Source of the DNA: an uncultured delta proteobacterium
GTDB lineage: Bacteria > Desulfobacterota > Binatia > UBA9968
Direction of reading: 5' to 3'
Assembly: GCA_963771465.1 (NCBI GenBank)
Contig: CAVYTU010000014.1
Location: 576,001-640,000 of the forward strand
DNA length: 64,000 nt
Shown: positions 53,174 through 63,652 of the stretch, one piece after another
How the letters are laid out: the number at the start of each line of letters is the position of its first letter
How positions within the stretch are numbered: position 1 is the first letter of the stretch
The notes under the pieces: model-generated
The model's database searches: none
Told to the model about the DNA's origin: nothing
Seen by the model: only the letters and a program-made list of their open reading frames with translations
Position numbers and translations under genes: made by a program

Positions 53174-53274
53174 TCCTTCCCCCTCGATCGGGGGGAGCGT
53201 CGAATAGGGGTAACACTGTCGCCTGGGCGAGTGGCGAATTTACCTCTACTCAACCTCCCCATCGCGGGACAGAG
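53174..53274. repeat. Degenerate REP-like doublet
   Basis: TCCTTCCCCCTCGATCGGGGGGAGCGTCGAATAGGGGT and a decayed inverted copy TACCTCTACTCAACCTCCCCATCGCGGGACAGAG. Confidence 0.5.
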
Positions 53275-53330
53275 CATTGGGAAACCGAGGCGGCTGCCAA
53301 TCATCGGCCTGACTATTATCGACAAATTCC

Positions 53331-54191
53331 ATGGCTGAATACTACGCCTTCCAAGCCGCGCTTTGCTTTTCAGTCGCTCACGTTCTCATCAGGCGCGGTC
53401 TGGTCGGCTCTAACGCGCTCACCTGTTCACTGATCTCACTGGCGACCACCGGAGCAATTTTTTGGTTGTTGGTTGTGATTTTGATTCCACTGTCCGCTCT
53501 GTGGACGCCGACCATCGGTTACTTTATCGCCGCTGGTATCTTCGCACCGGCGATCGGCCAGACCCTGGGTTACATCGGCATCGAACGGATCGGCGTGGCG
53601 CGCTCGACGCCGATCGTCAACTCAGCGCCGATCTTTTCATCGAGCTTCGCCGTACTCTTTTTGGGCGAAGTGTGGACGGCGCAGAATATTCTCGGCACGT
53701 TGTCGGTCATTATCGGGGTGATTATTTTATCTTCCGGCAAATCCTCGGCGGGCGAGTGGCGCAGGATCGACATACTCTACCCGCTGCTGGGCGCGGTCGC
53801 CTTCGGCATCTCGACGACTCTTCGAAAGTCCGGTTTATCGGTGTTGCCTATTCCCCTCTTGGGCGCGGCGGTGACTGTTGGCACGGCGTTTATCATCATA
53901 CTGATCGTCATTCGATGGCGTGGCGGCCGGCGGGCTCTCAAGTTCGATCCCGCAAGCACGCGTTGGCTGTTCGGCGCGGCGGTGGTCAACACTGGCGCGA
54001 TCCTTTCGGTATTCTCGGCTCTCAATGTCGGCAAAGTCGTGCGGGTCGAGCCGTTGATCGCGTCGAACCCCTTACTGACGATACTTTGGGTTGGGATTTT
54101 CTTACGACAAATCGAGCGCATTTCGGCGCGTATCGTGCTCGGGGCTTTGTTCACGGTCATGGGAACAACCTTGGTGGTGACGGCCCATTAG
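53331..54191 (+). CDS. EamA/DMT family transporter
   Basis: 10 TM, two EamA repeats; GIERIGVARS.PI. Confidence 0.88.
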   Translation: MAEYYAFQAALCFSVAHVLIRRGLVGSNALTCSLISLATTGAIFWLLVVILIPLSALWTPTIGYFIAAGIFAPAIGQTLGYIGIERIGVARSTPIVNSAPIFSSSFAVLFLGEVWTAQNILGTLSVIIGVIILSSGKSSAGEWRRIDILYPLLGAVAFGISTTLRKSGLSVLPIPLLGAAVTVGTAFIIILIVIRWRGGRRALKFDPASTRWLFGAAVVNTGAILSVFSALNVGKVVRVEPLIASNPLLTILWVGIFLRQIERISARIVLGALFTVMGTTLVVTAH

Positions 54192-54200
54192 CATTTTCCG

Positions 54201-55061
54201 ATGGCGATCTATTTTGCATTGCAAGCGGCGCTGTGTTTTTCGATCGCTCATATTTTTATCCGGCGCGGTCTGGTCGAGTCCAATGCCATCACCGGCTCGT
54301 TTATTTCCTTGTCCATGAGCGCCGTCCTACTATGGCTCGCCGTACCGTTTTTTGCGCCGCTATCGGCGCTGTGGCATCCGGCGGCGCTGATCTTCGTCGC
54401 AGCGGGCATCTTCGCGCCCGGTATTGGCCGAACACTGAGTTACGTCGGCATCGAAAGAATCGGCGTGGCACGCTCGGTGCCGATCGCAAATTCATCGCCG
54501 ATCTTTGCGTCGATCTTTGCGGTGGTATTTCTCGCCGAAGCCTGGGTTTTGCAGAATGTCATCGGCACGCTGCTGGTGATTGGCGGCGTTATCGTTCTGT
54601 CGATGGCGAAGCCCGCTCAGGGCGAGTGGCGTAAGCTCGACGCGATCTATCCGTTGATCGGCGCGGTGGCCTTTGGGGCGTCGACGACGCTACGCAAAGC
54701 TGGCTTGGGTTTCATTAACTTCCCGCTGCTCGCCGCAGCGGTGACCGCCGGCTCGGCGGCGATTTTCTCACTGACTCTGCTCCAAATTCAGGGTGGCAAA
54801 GCAGCGTTCAAGCTGACCCGCCATAGCGCCGCTTGGTTATTTCCCGCCGGGGTTTTTAATACCGCGGCGATGCTGTCGGTTTTCTTCGCTTTGAGCCATG
54901 GCAAAGTTGTCATCGTCGAGCCACTGGTGAGTTCTAACCCGGTGACGACATTGCTACTGACGGCGATATTTCTGCGCGACATCGAGTCGCTCACTTTGCG
55001 GGTGATCACAGGTGCCGCATTGACCGTGATCGGAACGATTCTCGTGGTGCTGGTGAAGTAG
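54201..55061 (+). CDS. EamA/DMT family transporter (tandem paralog)
   Basis: Same length (286 aa) and shared motifs with the upstream gene. Confidence 0.88.
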   Translation: MAIYFALQAALCFSIAHIFIRRGLVESNAITGSFISLSMSAVLLWLAVPFFAPLSALWHPAALIFVAAGIFAPGIGRTLSYVGIERIGVARSVPIANSSPIFASIFAVVFLAEAWVLQNVIGTLLVIGGVIVLSMAKPAQGEWRKLDAIYPLIGAVAFGASTTLRKAGLGFINFPLLAAAVTAGSAAIFSLTLLQIQGGKAAFKLTRHSAAWLFPAGVFNTAAMLSVFFALSHGKVVIVEPLVSSNPVTTLLLTAIFLRDIESLTLRVITGAALTVIGTILVVLVK

Positions 55062-55187
55062 CGGCTCTCGAAATCGATAAAATTTGGATTCTGATAATAA
55101 TCGGACGCGCGAAAAGCATCTCATGGTGCGTCCGTTTCCCTGTACTGAACGCAAAAGTTGTTTGCCGGCACCAATCGAATTAACAGC

Positions 55188-56096
55188 TTATTTTGTTAAC
55201 TTCGGCAGCACCTTCTCGCCAAACAAATCCAACTGCCTGGGATCCGAATCGGCGACGCCGATGATTAGTGTGCCGAGACCTTTGCTGAGGAAGTATTGGA
55301 TTTTCTCGATGCATTGGTCGGGACTGCCGACGATGGATACCGGTTCGACCGCGGTTCTTAGGCGGCCGTAGTAGCGCATGGTGTAGTCTTCGACTGCTTT
55401 GACCGCTTTGGCTTTGTCGTCGTTGATGGCCATGAAAGCTAAGCTCGCTTTTTCGATTTCATTTGGGTTGCGCCCTGCCGCGGCGGCGTAGCTGGCGATC
55501 TTGTCCCAAGTTAGGTGAAAGTCGGCGATCGCTGAGCTACCGGAGATAAAACCGTTTGCCCAAGTGCCGGCGCGTTTGAGCGCGGCTTCGGCGCTGCCTC
55601 CCGTCCATAGCGGCGGATGGGGTTTTTGCATCGGTCGCGGTCCAACGCTGAGGTTTTCTACATTAAAAAATTTGCCTTTGTGCGTGACGTTTTCTTCCGT
55701 CCACAGGCGCTTCATCAGCTGCACTTGCTCGACCGCTCTACTGCCGCGATGTTCGTAGGGAATCTCCACGGCTTTGTAGTCGGGTTCGCGGCTGCCGAAG
55801 CCGAGACCGATGGTAATGCGGCCGTTGGAGATGAAATCTAGCGTCGCGATAATTTTCGCCAGGTGGGCGGGATGGCGTGTGTTGCCGAGTAAGACCGAAG
55901 TACCGAGACGAATTCTCTGCGTTGCGCCAGCGGCGGCGGCGAGGATGGTGAGCGGTTCCAAATTGTCGTAGGCGATGCGGTCGATGGTCCACATCGAGTC
56001 GCAACCCATCGCTTCGCATTTCTTGGCGAAATTGACAACATTTTCCGGTTTGGTGAGCGGCGCTGGCGTGACCCAGGCGAGTCCGATCTTGGCCAT
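55188..56096 (-). CDS. LLM-class flavin-dependent oxidoreductase
   Basis: EPLTILAAAAGATQRIRLGTSV, LDFISNGR, P.P.QKPHPP.W.GG. Confidence 0.88.
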   Translation of the reverse strand: MAKIGLAWVTPAPLTKPENVVNFAKKCEAMGCDSMWTIDRIAYDNLEPLTILAAAAGATQRIRLGTSVLLGNTRHPAHLAKIIATLDFISNGRITIGLGFGSREPDYKAVEIPYEHRGSRAVEQVQLMKRLWTEENVTHKGKFFNVENLSVGPRPMQKPHPPLWTGGSAEAALKRAGTWANGFISGSSAIADFHLTWDKIASYAAAAGRNPNEIEKASLAFMAINDDKAKAVKAVEDYTMRYYGRLRTAVEPVSIVGSPDQCIEKIQYFLSKGLGTLIIGVADSDPRQLDLFGEKVLPKLTK

Positions 56097-56233
56097 TTAC
56101 ATTATTTCCTTTCGAGCAGTGCGTCAGTCAAAATAGACCAGGCGCTCGCCTCTTTTCAAGGATGGGGGTCTGCGATATACGAGACAGCACGGGAGATTGT
56201 ATAAGCCGATTTAAACACAGGAGGAGCAAAGTC

Positions 56234-56665
56234 ATGGAAGCATTTACCTATAAGCTCAAGACGCCAATGATCACCGGTGGAAGAAGCCACATTCCGCTCG
56301 CCGACACGGAATTAATGTCCGTGGGAATCAACTATTATTCGGTTGGGCGCAAGAACAAACTCCATTGTCACTTTGGTGAGGATCATACCTTTGTCGTGTT
56401 GGACGGTCAGGCGACGTTCTATAACAAAGAGCATCAGCCGAACGTGCTAAATAAGGGCGAAGCGATCATGCTGCCAGTGGGCTGTCTTTATTACTTTGAA
56501 AATTCAGGTGACGTGCCGTTGGCGCTGTTGCGCGTGAGTGCGCTTAAGGGCAAGCCGGATTTCACTCGTGTGGACGCGGAAGGTAACAAAAGAACCGAAG
56601 TGGAAAATCAGTATATTACAGTGGACGGTGAACCCATCGCGGGTCAGTTTTGGGAGCTGAGTTAG
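56234..56665 (+). CDS. Small cupin-domain protein
   Basis: LHCHFGEDHTF.VL.G cupin motif 1; AGGAGGAG RBS. Confidence 0.8.
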   Translation: MEAFTYKLKTPMITGGRSHIPLADTELMSVGINYYSVGRKNKLHCHFGEDHTFVVLDGQATFYNKEHQPNVLNKGEAIMLPVGCLYYFENSGDVPLALLRVSALKGKPDFTRVDAEGNKRTEVENQYITVDGEPIAGQFWELS

Positions 56666-56736
56666 TAAATGACAGTTTGCTGGTCGTCAATCCGGTCGGC
56701 GCGGACTATCATAACCGTTTCAATTTTAGGTGAGAG

Positions 56737-57885
56737 ATGAAAATCGCCGACGTCAAAACCATTCGTCTGCGTGCGCCGATCCCTACAGAAGGACAGGTGT
56801 TTAGCCGCTCGGGGGTGAGAAACACGCGGTCGACGACGCTGATCAAAGTGGAAACCGATGACGGTATCTATGGTCTTGGCTCGGCTTCCGGGAACGGTGA
56901 GCTGATTGAAATCATCATTGCCCGCGTGCTGAAGCCAATGATCGTTGGTATGGACCCGACTGAGATCGATGAGATTTGGGACACGGCGTATGTCCGCGGC
57001 GGTCACAAAGAGTTTGGCACTCGTGGCGTTGGGGTTGTCGCGTTGAGCGGTGTCGATATCGCACTCTGGGATATACTCGGCAAAGCGCGCGGCGTTCCGC
57101 TCTATCAGCTATTAGGCGGCAAGGTGCGTGACAAAGTGCCGGTGTACGCAACCGCGCTTTACCCGGAAGAGCCGGCGCAAGTTGCGCGGCGCGCGCGTGG
57201 CTTCGCCGACCAAGGTTTTCATGGCGTGAAGATCAAGGTTGGTTTTGACTTGGATCAGGACATTCGTATCGTGCGCGCGGTGCGTCAGGAGTTGGGTAAA
57301 GATTTCATCGTTATGACCGACGCTAATCAAGGCTATAGCATCGACATTGGCATCAAGGCTGCGCAGGCGTTCGCTGATGCCGGCGCCTTCTGGCTCGAAG
57401 AGCCGTTGTTCGTGGAAGATATAGAAGGCCATGCGATTCTGCGTGAAAAAGGTAATACGCCGATCGCCGTCGGTGAAAATCTGCACATGACTTATGCTTT
57501 CGAGAATTTTATACTGCGCGGCGCGGTGGATTTCATTCAACCCGATGTGGCGCGCGCCGGCGGTATAACCGAAATTCGTAAAATCACTGCGCTCGCGACG
57601 AAGCACAGAGTACCGGTCTCGTTTCACACTTGGGGCGACGGCGTCGCGCTGGCGGCGAGTGTGCATCTATCCGCCGCGCTGAAAGACTGCATCGTCATGG
57701 AGCTCGACTATACTTACAATCCGCTGCGCGAAGAGCTGTTGCGCGAACCGTTCAAAGTCGAGAACGGCTATCTAACTCCATCCGATCGCCCAGGTTTAGG
57801 TATCGAATTGAATCCAGACGCTCTAGAACGCTTTGCCTTTACCGGTTCTGAAGATCTGGCAATTCGGCAGAAAACTTTGGCTTAG
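56737..57885 (+). CDS. Mandelate racemase/muconate lactonizing (enolase superfamily) enzyme
   Basis: DIALWDILGK, KIK, DANQ, EEP, GEN, QPDV..AGGI, H at SFH, PGLG. Confidence 0.9.
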   Translation: MKIADVKTIRLRAPIPTEGQVFSRSGVRNTRSTTLIKVETDDGIYGLGSASGNGELIEIIIARVLKPMIVGMDPTEIDEIWDTAYVRGGHKEFGTRGVGVVALSGVDIALWDILGKARGVPLYQLLGGKVRDKVPVYATALYPEEPAQVARRARGFADQGFHGVKIKVGFDLDQDIRIVRAVRQELGKDFIVMTDANQGYSIDIGIKAAQAFADAGAFWLEEPLFVEDIEGHAILREKGNTPIAVGENLHMTYAFENFILRGAVDFIQPDVARAGGITEIRKITALATKHRVPVSFHTWGDGVALAASVHLSAALKDCIVMELDYTYNPLREELLREPFKVENGYLTPSDRPGLGIELNPDALERFAFTGSEDLAIRQKTLA

Positions 57886-58033
57886 TTGGTTGCGCCCTTT
57901 GCGGCCCTTTTTTAAGTAACACGCTTGTCATTTCGTTCATGCAGGAACGCGCAAGTTGAGCGTTCTTCGCATTTCACTTAACAGAATGTTGAATTCCCGG
58001 TAGTACCAGCGTCATGGTTCGTCGCGGTTCTGC

Positions 58034-58048
58034 TGGCACAATGCTTGC
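58034..58048 (+). promoter_or_regulatory. sigma54 (-24/-12) promoter
   Basis: TGGCACAATGCTTGC matches TGGCAC-N5-TTGC exactly, ~40 nt before the GGAGG-ATG of the next gene. Confidence 0.8.
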
Positions 58049-58090
58049 GCTTTAGCGGTGAGATAATTTCACGGCTCAGGGGAGGCAAGC

Positions 58091-59743
58091 ATGATTAGGC
58101 AGTCATTTCGTTATTTGTCTAAACATTCAAAGATCTTTTTTGCGTGGCTGACGTTACTGGCATTCCTGACGAATTCCGCGGTTCCGGCGGCAGCAGTGAT
58201 GAGTGCGACTCAGGGTGGCGCGCTGCCGCAGCCGTTGCCGCTATTCCCCGCCGATAACTGGTGGAATCTGGATATCAGTGCTTGGCCAGCCGATGCGAAT
58301 TCACAAAACTACATCAATTTTGTCGGTGTTTCGCGCCAGCTTCATCCCGACTTCGGCGGTAGGGATACGAGTACACAGTATGGAATATACGGTATGCCTT
58401 ATGCCGTGGTTACTGGTGTTAATGATGTCGATCTCAAAGTCGTGCAGTTTCAATATTGGGATGAGAGCGACGGAGTCAATTTGAATACCGGCGTTAGCTT
58501 CCCTTTCTATCCTATTCCACCGCTAGCCGCTGTCGCCCCTTACTGGATCGAAGGCGGCAATCCGGGCAACATCGATGAGCGTTGCTGCGCTGACCGTCAT
58601 CTATTGATCGTCGATCGCGAGCGCAATTATCTCTACGAACTCTACAACGTGTTTTACAACACTACGCAAGCCAAATGGTATGCTGGATCGGGGGCGTTTT
58701 TCGACATGAACACCAATAACCGACGGCCAGATACTTGGACATCGGCAGATGCCGCGGGGCTAGCGATTCTTCCCGGCCTAGTCCGGTATGACGAAGTGTA
58801 TGACCCCGTCGTCCCGGAGATTCGCCATGCCCTGCGTGTCACGGTTCGAGCCACCAACGGTTATGTCTATCCGGCTTCCCATCGTGCGGGATCGACGACA
58901 GGAGCATTGCCGTTGGGTGCGAGGCTACGTTTGAAGGCGAGTGTCGACGTTACACAACGGACGAGTAATCCAAATATGCAGAAGATATTTCGGGCGATGC
59001 AGAAGTATGGCCTCATCGTTGCTGACAATGGCTCGGACATGTACATCACCGGCACGCACGACACGCGTTGGAACAACGACATTCTCAATCCCGCCTTCCG
59101 CAGTCTCACGGCAAATGATTTTGAAGTGATCCAACTCGGTTATAACCCGACGGTGAGTGCACCTGCGTTGAATTCTGTGGGCATGAATCCGTCCGCCGTG
59201 ATCGGCGGACAGTCGGCGACTGGCACGGTGACCTTGACCACGGCTGCGCCCGCCGGCGGCGTCATGATCAATTTGTCGAATGCTAACGTTGCTGCGAGCG
59301 TGCCAAGCTCGGTCAGCGTTCCCGCCGCTGCGACATCGGCAAATTTTTCCGTAACGACGAATTCGGTCACCGTTACGACGGTCGGCAACATTACCGCGAG
59401 CTACGACGGCGTCACAAAGTCAGCGACTTTAACCGTGAATCCTCAGCCAGGGGCGGCGCTTTCCGCTCTGTCCCTCAATCCGACCAGTGTTCGCGGCGGT
59501 AACAGCTCGGTGGGCACGGTTACACTCACAGCGCCGGCGCCCACGGGGGGTTTAGTTGTCGCTTTGTCGAGTAGCAATTCCAGCAAAGCCGCAGTGCCTG
59601 CGACGGTGACGGTGTTGGCTGGCAGCACGACGGCGACGTTCAACGTTACAACGGTGTCAGTAAGCCGAAAGATTATCGTGAGCATCTCGGCTTCGCGTGG
59701 GGGAATTACTAAAAGCGCCTCTCTCACGATCAGCAAGAGATAG
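58091..59743 (+). CDS. Secreted hypothetical protein with two C-terminal Ig-like repeats
   Basis: Signal peptide; conserved-looking core (FPADNWWN, DRHLL, WTSADAAGL.ILPGLVRYDE, HALR, YGLIVADNG); two ~95-aa Thr/Val/Ser-rich repeats. Confidence 0.8.
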   Translation: MIRQSFRYLSKHSKIFFAWLTLLAFLTNSAVPAAAVMSATQGGALPQPLPLFPADNWWNLDISAWPADANSQNYINFVGVSRQLHPDFGGRDTSTQYGIYGMPYAVVTGVNDVDLKVVQFQYWDESDGVNLNTGVSFPFYPIPPLAAVAPYWIEGGNPGNIDERCCADRHLLIVDRERNYLYELYNVFYNTTQAKWYAGSGAFFDMNTNNRRPDTWTSADAAGLAILPGLVRYDEVYDPVVPEIRHALRVTVRATNGYVYPASHRAGSTTGALPLGARLRLKASVDVTQRTSNPNMQKIFRAMQKYGLIVADNGSDMYITGTHDTRWNNDILNPAFRSLTANDFEVIQLGYNPTVSAPALNSVGMNPSAVIGGQSATGTVTLTTAAPAGGVMINLSNANVAASVPSSVSVPAAATSANFSVTTNSVTVTTVGNITASYDGVTKSATLTVNPQPGAALSALSLNPTSVRGGNSSVGTVTLTAPAPTGGLVVALSSSNSSKAAVPATVTVLAGSTTATFNVTTVSVSRKIIVSISASRGGITKSASLTISKR

Positions 59744-59756
59744 AACTTTTCGTTCC

Positions 59757-59800
59757 GATTGCGCGCGCTGAGACCACACGGCAACTCGGCGCGCGCGATC
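59757..59800. terminator. Long GC-rich hairpin after the secreted-protein gene
   Basis: GATTGCGCGCGCTGAG...CTCGGCGCGCGCGATC. Confidence 0.5.
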
Positions 59801-60160
59801 ATTCTCCTTGGCAGGTTTGCTTCTTCAATTTCCAGCGATTTCTCTACACACTGTGTGGTATCGGGACGCGCAAAAGTTAATCCGTGAGTGTCGCTATGTG
59901 CCCTTCCGCCGGTTCCGGATATATCAAACATCATGATCATCGCGCCAAGTTTCGCCCGCGAGCGAAGGGTTAAAATCGCTTGGTTTTGTCGACGCTTCGA
60001 TCCTAAAAGAAATCGAATCCAGCGGCTTCTTTAATAAGCCGTACACACACACCAGTAGGTTTGCTCAGGCAACCGCAAAATTCAAATTCAATTTTGTCGT
60101 CGACGGTGTGAGCCGCGGCGTTGCCTAAAAACGTCCACTTGTTATGATGCGGTTTTTCCC

Positions 60161-61537
60161 ATGTACGAGCAGGATACGATTGCAGCGATTGCTACGCCAC
60201 CGGGTGAGGGCGGTGTAGCGATCGTACGTGTTAGCGGCGTCGACGCGGAGCGAATTGCCAAGCGAATTTTCATTCGCTCGGGAAATAAAAATGGAACACT
60301 CAAATCGCACATGCTCTACCACGGTAGCGTCCGTGATCCGCAGACGGAGCGCGTAGCCGATGAAGTGTTGCTCACTATCATGCGGCAGCCGCGCAGCTAC
60401 ACTGGCGAGGACGTCGTCGAAGTGCATTGCCATGGCGGCGCGTTTCTGTCGCGGCAAATTCTTGGTTTGATTCTCGCGCAAGGTGCTCGTCAGGCAGAAG
60501 CGGGAGAGTTTACCAAGCGCGCGTTTCTCAATGGTAAGCTGGACCTAGCGCAAGCAGAAGCGGTACTGGATCTGATTCGCGCACGAACGGCTAAAGGAGC
60601 CGAACTCGCGCTCAGCCAAGCGAGCGGCGCGCTTTCGAAGCACGTCGGTGGGTTGCGCGAAGTGCTGCTCGATATCCTGGTTCAAGTTGAAGCTGCCATC
60701 GACTTTCCAGACGAGGACATCGAACTCCTGCAGCGTCCGAAGTTGGTCGAAAAAATTACTACCCTCGCGGATAAAATATCCGCTATTTCAGCAACTTATG
60801 AATGGGGAAGGCTGTTTAGGGAAGGCGCCCGAGTATGTATCTGCGGCCGGCCTAACGTCGGCAAATCGAGTTTACTCAATGCTCTGCTCGGCGAAGCCCG
60901 GGTGATTGTGACGCCGATTCCCGGAACCACTCGAGATGTGATAGAAGAATCGATCAACTTGGATGGCCTCCCTGTTGTAGTTTGGGACACCGCGGGAATT
61001 CGCGAAACCGGTGATCAAGTTGAGCAACTGGGAGTGGAACTGGCGCGTCAATATCTAGCAAAGGCCGACGCGATACTTGTCGTATTCGACGGCTCTGAAA
61101 AGCTTACCGCTGAAGATTTCGCGGTGCTTTCATCCGTGAGAGCTAAAAAGCGCTTAGTCGTGATTAACAAGAACGATCTTCCGATGGCATTCTCAGTCGA
61201 TGAAATACAGCGGCACGATATGGAAGCTGTGCTCGTGCTGGTTTCTGCAAAATCTGCAGATGGGATTGATCATCTCAAATCAATTTTACGAAGCTTCCTC
61301 TTAAACTACCAAGCAGAACCGGTTGTTGCGGTATCTAATATTCGGCATCGAAACGATTTAACGCGCAGCGCGGGTTTCTTGGAACAAGCAGCAAGAGCAC
61401 TTGAATCTGGCGTGCCACCCGAGATTGCGTCGGTCCATTTGAACGAGTCTCGCGAAGCTCTCGAGGAAATAATCGGGATAGTCAATAATGATGATATTTT
61501 AGAACGTATTTTCACAAAGTTTTGCGTTGGAAAATAA
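60161..61537 (+). CDS. mnmE: tRNA modification GTPase MnmE
   Basis: [55 protein letters not shown], terminal FCVGK. Confidence 0.98.
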   Translation: MYEQDTIAAIATPPGEGGVAIVRVSGVDAERIAKRIFIRSGNKNGTLKSHMLYHGSVRDPQTERVADEVLLTIMRQPRSYTGEDVVEVHCHGGAFLSRQILGLILAQGARQAEAGEFTKRAFLNGKLDLAQAEAVLDLIRARTAKGAELALSQASGALSKHVGGLREVLLDILVQVEAAIDFPDEDIELLQRPKLVEKITTLADKISAISATYEWGRLFREGARVCICGRPNVGKSSLLNALLGEARVIVTPIPGTTRDVIEESINLDGLPVVVWDTAGIRETGDQVEQLGVELARQYLAKADAILVVFDGSEKLTAEDFAVLSSVRAKKRLVVINKNDLPMAFSVDEIQRHDMEAVLVLVSAKSADGIDHLKSILRSFLLNYQAEPVVAVSNIRHRNDLTRSAGFLEQAARALESGVPPEIASVHLNESREALEEIIGIVNNDDILERIFTKFCVGK

Positions 61538-61595
61538 GCCTAATTAATATTATTGATATTTTAATTAAATCAAATTTAATTGGTAATTATGACTT

Positions 61596-61611
61596 TGTTT
61601 CACGTGAAACG
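61596..61611. other. parS centromere site
   Basis: TGTTTCACGTGAAACG, 15/16 match to TGTTTCACGTGAAACA. Confidence 0.9.
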
Positions 61612-63486
61612 ATGACCACTGAACAAATATTCGATGTGATCGTGGTCGGTGCCGGCCATGCTGGAATCGAGGCCTGCCTCGCTTCGGCACGAATGGGCTG
61701 TAGAACGTTGATGTTAACGTTGAATCTAGACCACATCGGCCAGATGTCGTGTAACCCGGCGATCGGCGGTATCGGCAAGGGGCATCTGGTTAAGGAGATC
61801 GATGCACTCGGTGGCGAGATGGGTCGGGCGATTGACGAAACTGGGATACAGTTTCGAATTTTAAATACCAAAAAAGGTCCCGCTGTCAGAGCTTCGCGAG
61901 CCCAAGCTGATAAGGCTCTCTATCGATCGCGGATGAAGCGCGTCCTGGAAAACTGTCCTGGACTGACAATAAGGCAAGGAAGTGCTGAGGTTTTAATAGT
62001 CGAGGATGGTCAGGTTAAAGGGGTTGAAACTCAGATCGGCGAAAAGTTCTATGGCCAGCGGGTCATACTCACCACCGGGACTTTTCTTAAGGGTTTAATC
62101 CATATTGGCGATCGAAATTTCTCAGGTGGCCGTGCTGGTGATTCTGCGGTGAATGGATTAAGCGAATCATTGGCAAGTCTTGGATTCAAGGCGGGACGAT
62201 TAAAGACCGGAACTTGTCCGCGCTTGGATGGCCGTACAATCGATTATTCCGAGCTAGAAATTCAACCAGGTGATGAGCCACCCCAGCCATTCTCATTTTC
62301 TAGTCATGGCGTTACTCAGCGCCAGGTGCCATGTCATATTACTTACACCAATGGGCGGACGCACGAGGTTATTAGAGCGGCGATTCACCGGTCACCCATG
62401 TATTCCGGTGTAATAAAGAGTCGTGGTCCACGCTACTGTCCATCCATTGAAGATAAGATTCATCGATTCGCTGATAAGGAGCGACATCAGATTTTTCTGG
62501 AACCAGAGGGTTTAGATACCGTCGAGGTTTATCCCAACGGTTTGTCGACCAGCTTACCACTCGACGTACAGATCGAGATGGTTCACTCGATTCGCGGCTT
62601 AGAGCACGCCGAGATAATGAGGCCAGGTTATGCAATTGAGTATGACTACTTCGAGCCCACTCAACTGTATCCAACATTAGAAACCAAGCTTGTCAGAGGG
62701 CTCTACCATGCTGGCCAGATCAACGGTACGACCGGTTATGAAGAAGCTGCCGCACAAGGAATCATAGCAGGGATTAACGCTGTATTGAGTCTACGCGACG
62801 ATGAGCCTTTAATATTTTCTCGCGATCAGGCTTATATCGGGGTTCTCATCGACGATTTGGTGACCAAAGGGACCGATAGTGAACCCTATCGAATGTTCAC
62901 ATCTAGAGCTGAGTACCGACTCTTGCTGCGAGAAGACAATGCCGACCTGCGCTTAACTGAGATAGCTCACAAGATCGGATTGGCCAGCGATGAGGCCAAC
63001 CTTAAATTGATTGCTAAGAAACGGTTGGTTGAGAATCTAATCAGCCATTTAGATCTTAATCAGATTGTTTCGACTCCTCAGAAAAATTCTCTAATGGAGT
63101 CTTTCAACTCAGCGCCACTCAGTGGCTCAGTTGTATTGTCCCAACTGTTGCGTCGGCCGGAGATCACTATGGAGCGTCTCCGTCAGCTCGTTCCAGATAT
63201 TCCGGTTGTGCCATCGGATGTGGAAAATCAAGCAGAGGTCCATATTAAGTATGAAGGTTATATCAATCGGCAATTGGAAATCGTCGAGCGGTTTAAAAAA
63301 ATGGAAAACGTACGATTGCCCGACGAAATTGACTACTCGCAGATAAGCGGCATCTCCCGAGAGGTCTGTGAGAAGCTAACCCGCATCCGGCCACGGTCGC
63401 TCGGTCAAGCATCGAGAATTTCCGGCATCACCCCAGCAGCACTTACACTTCTTTCGTTTTATGTGAAAAAACGAAAGAGCGCATAG
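61612..63486 (+). CDS. mnmG: tRNA uridine 5-carboxymethylaminomethyl modification enzyme MnmG (GidA)
   Basis: [64 protein letters not shown]. Confidence 0.98.
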   Translation: MTTEQIFDVIVVGAGHAGIEACLASARMGCRTLMLTLNLDHIGQMSCNPAIGGIGKGHLVKEIDALGGEMGRAIDETGIQFRILNTKKGPAVRASRAQADKALYRSRMKRVLENCPGLTIRQGSAEVLIVEDGQVKGVETQIGEKFYGQRVILTTGTFLKGLIHIGDRNFSGGRAGDSAVNGLSESLASLGFKAGRLKTGTCPRLDGRTIDYSELEIQPGDEPPQPFSFSSHGVTQRQVPCHITYTNGRTHEVIRAAIHRSPMYSGVIKSRGPRYCPSIEDKIHRFADKERHQIFLEPEGLDTVEVYPNGLSTSLPLDVQIEMVHSIRGLEHAEIMRPGYAIEYDYFEPTQLYPTLETKLVRGLYHAGQINGTTGYEEAAAQGIIAGINAVLSLRDDEPLIFSRDQAYIGVLIDDLVTKGTDSEPYRMFTSRAEYRLLLREDNADLRLTEIAHKIGLASDEANLKLIAKKRLVENLISHLDLNQIVSTPQKNSLMESFNSAPLSGSVVLSQLLRRPEITMERLRQLVPDIPVVPSDVENQAEVHIKYEGYINRQLEIVERFKKMENVRLPDEIDYSQISGISREVCEKLTRIRPRSLGQASRISGITPAALTLLSFYVKKRKSA

Positions 63487-63545
63487 TCATTGCTGCGAGC
63501 ATCAAAAAGCGCTCAAACTCGACATCAGTTGTGATCATTTTCTTT

Positions 63546-63561
63546 TGTTTCACGTGAAACG
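63546..63561. other. parS centromere site
   Basis: TGTTTCACGTGAAACG between mnmG and parA. Confidence 0.9.
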
Positions 63562-63652
63562 GAAGAAAATGCTTTTAATTCCATGAATTATATGATACAA
63601 GATTTTAATAAACCGATATATTTATAAGTTATTGAAATATAAGGTATTTTTA

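Noticed and set aside
53462-54634. 390-aa alternate-frame ORF across both EamA genes
   Set aside because: Arg-rich shadow frame of hydrophobic codons
63455-63470. Third parS-like sequence CGTTTTATGTGAAAAA
   Set aside because: Four mismatches and inside the coding sequence
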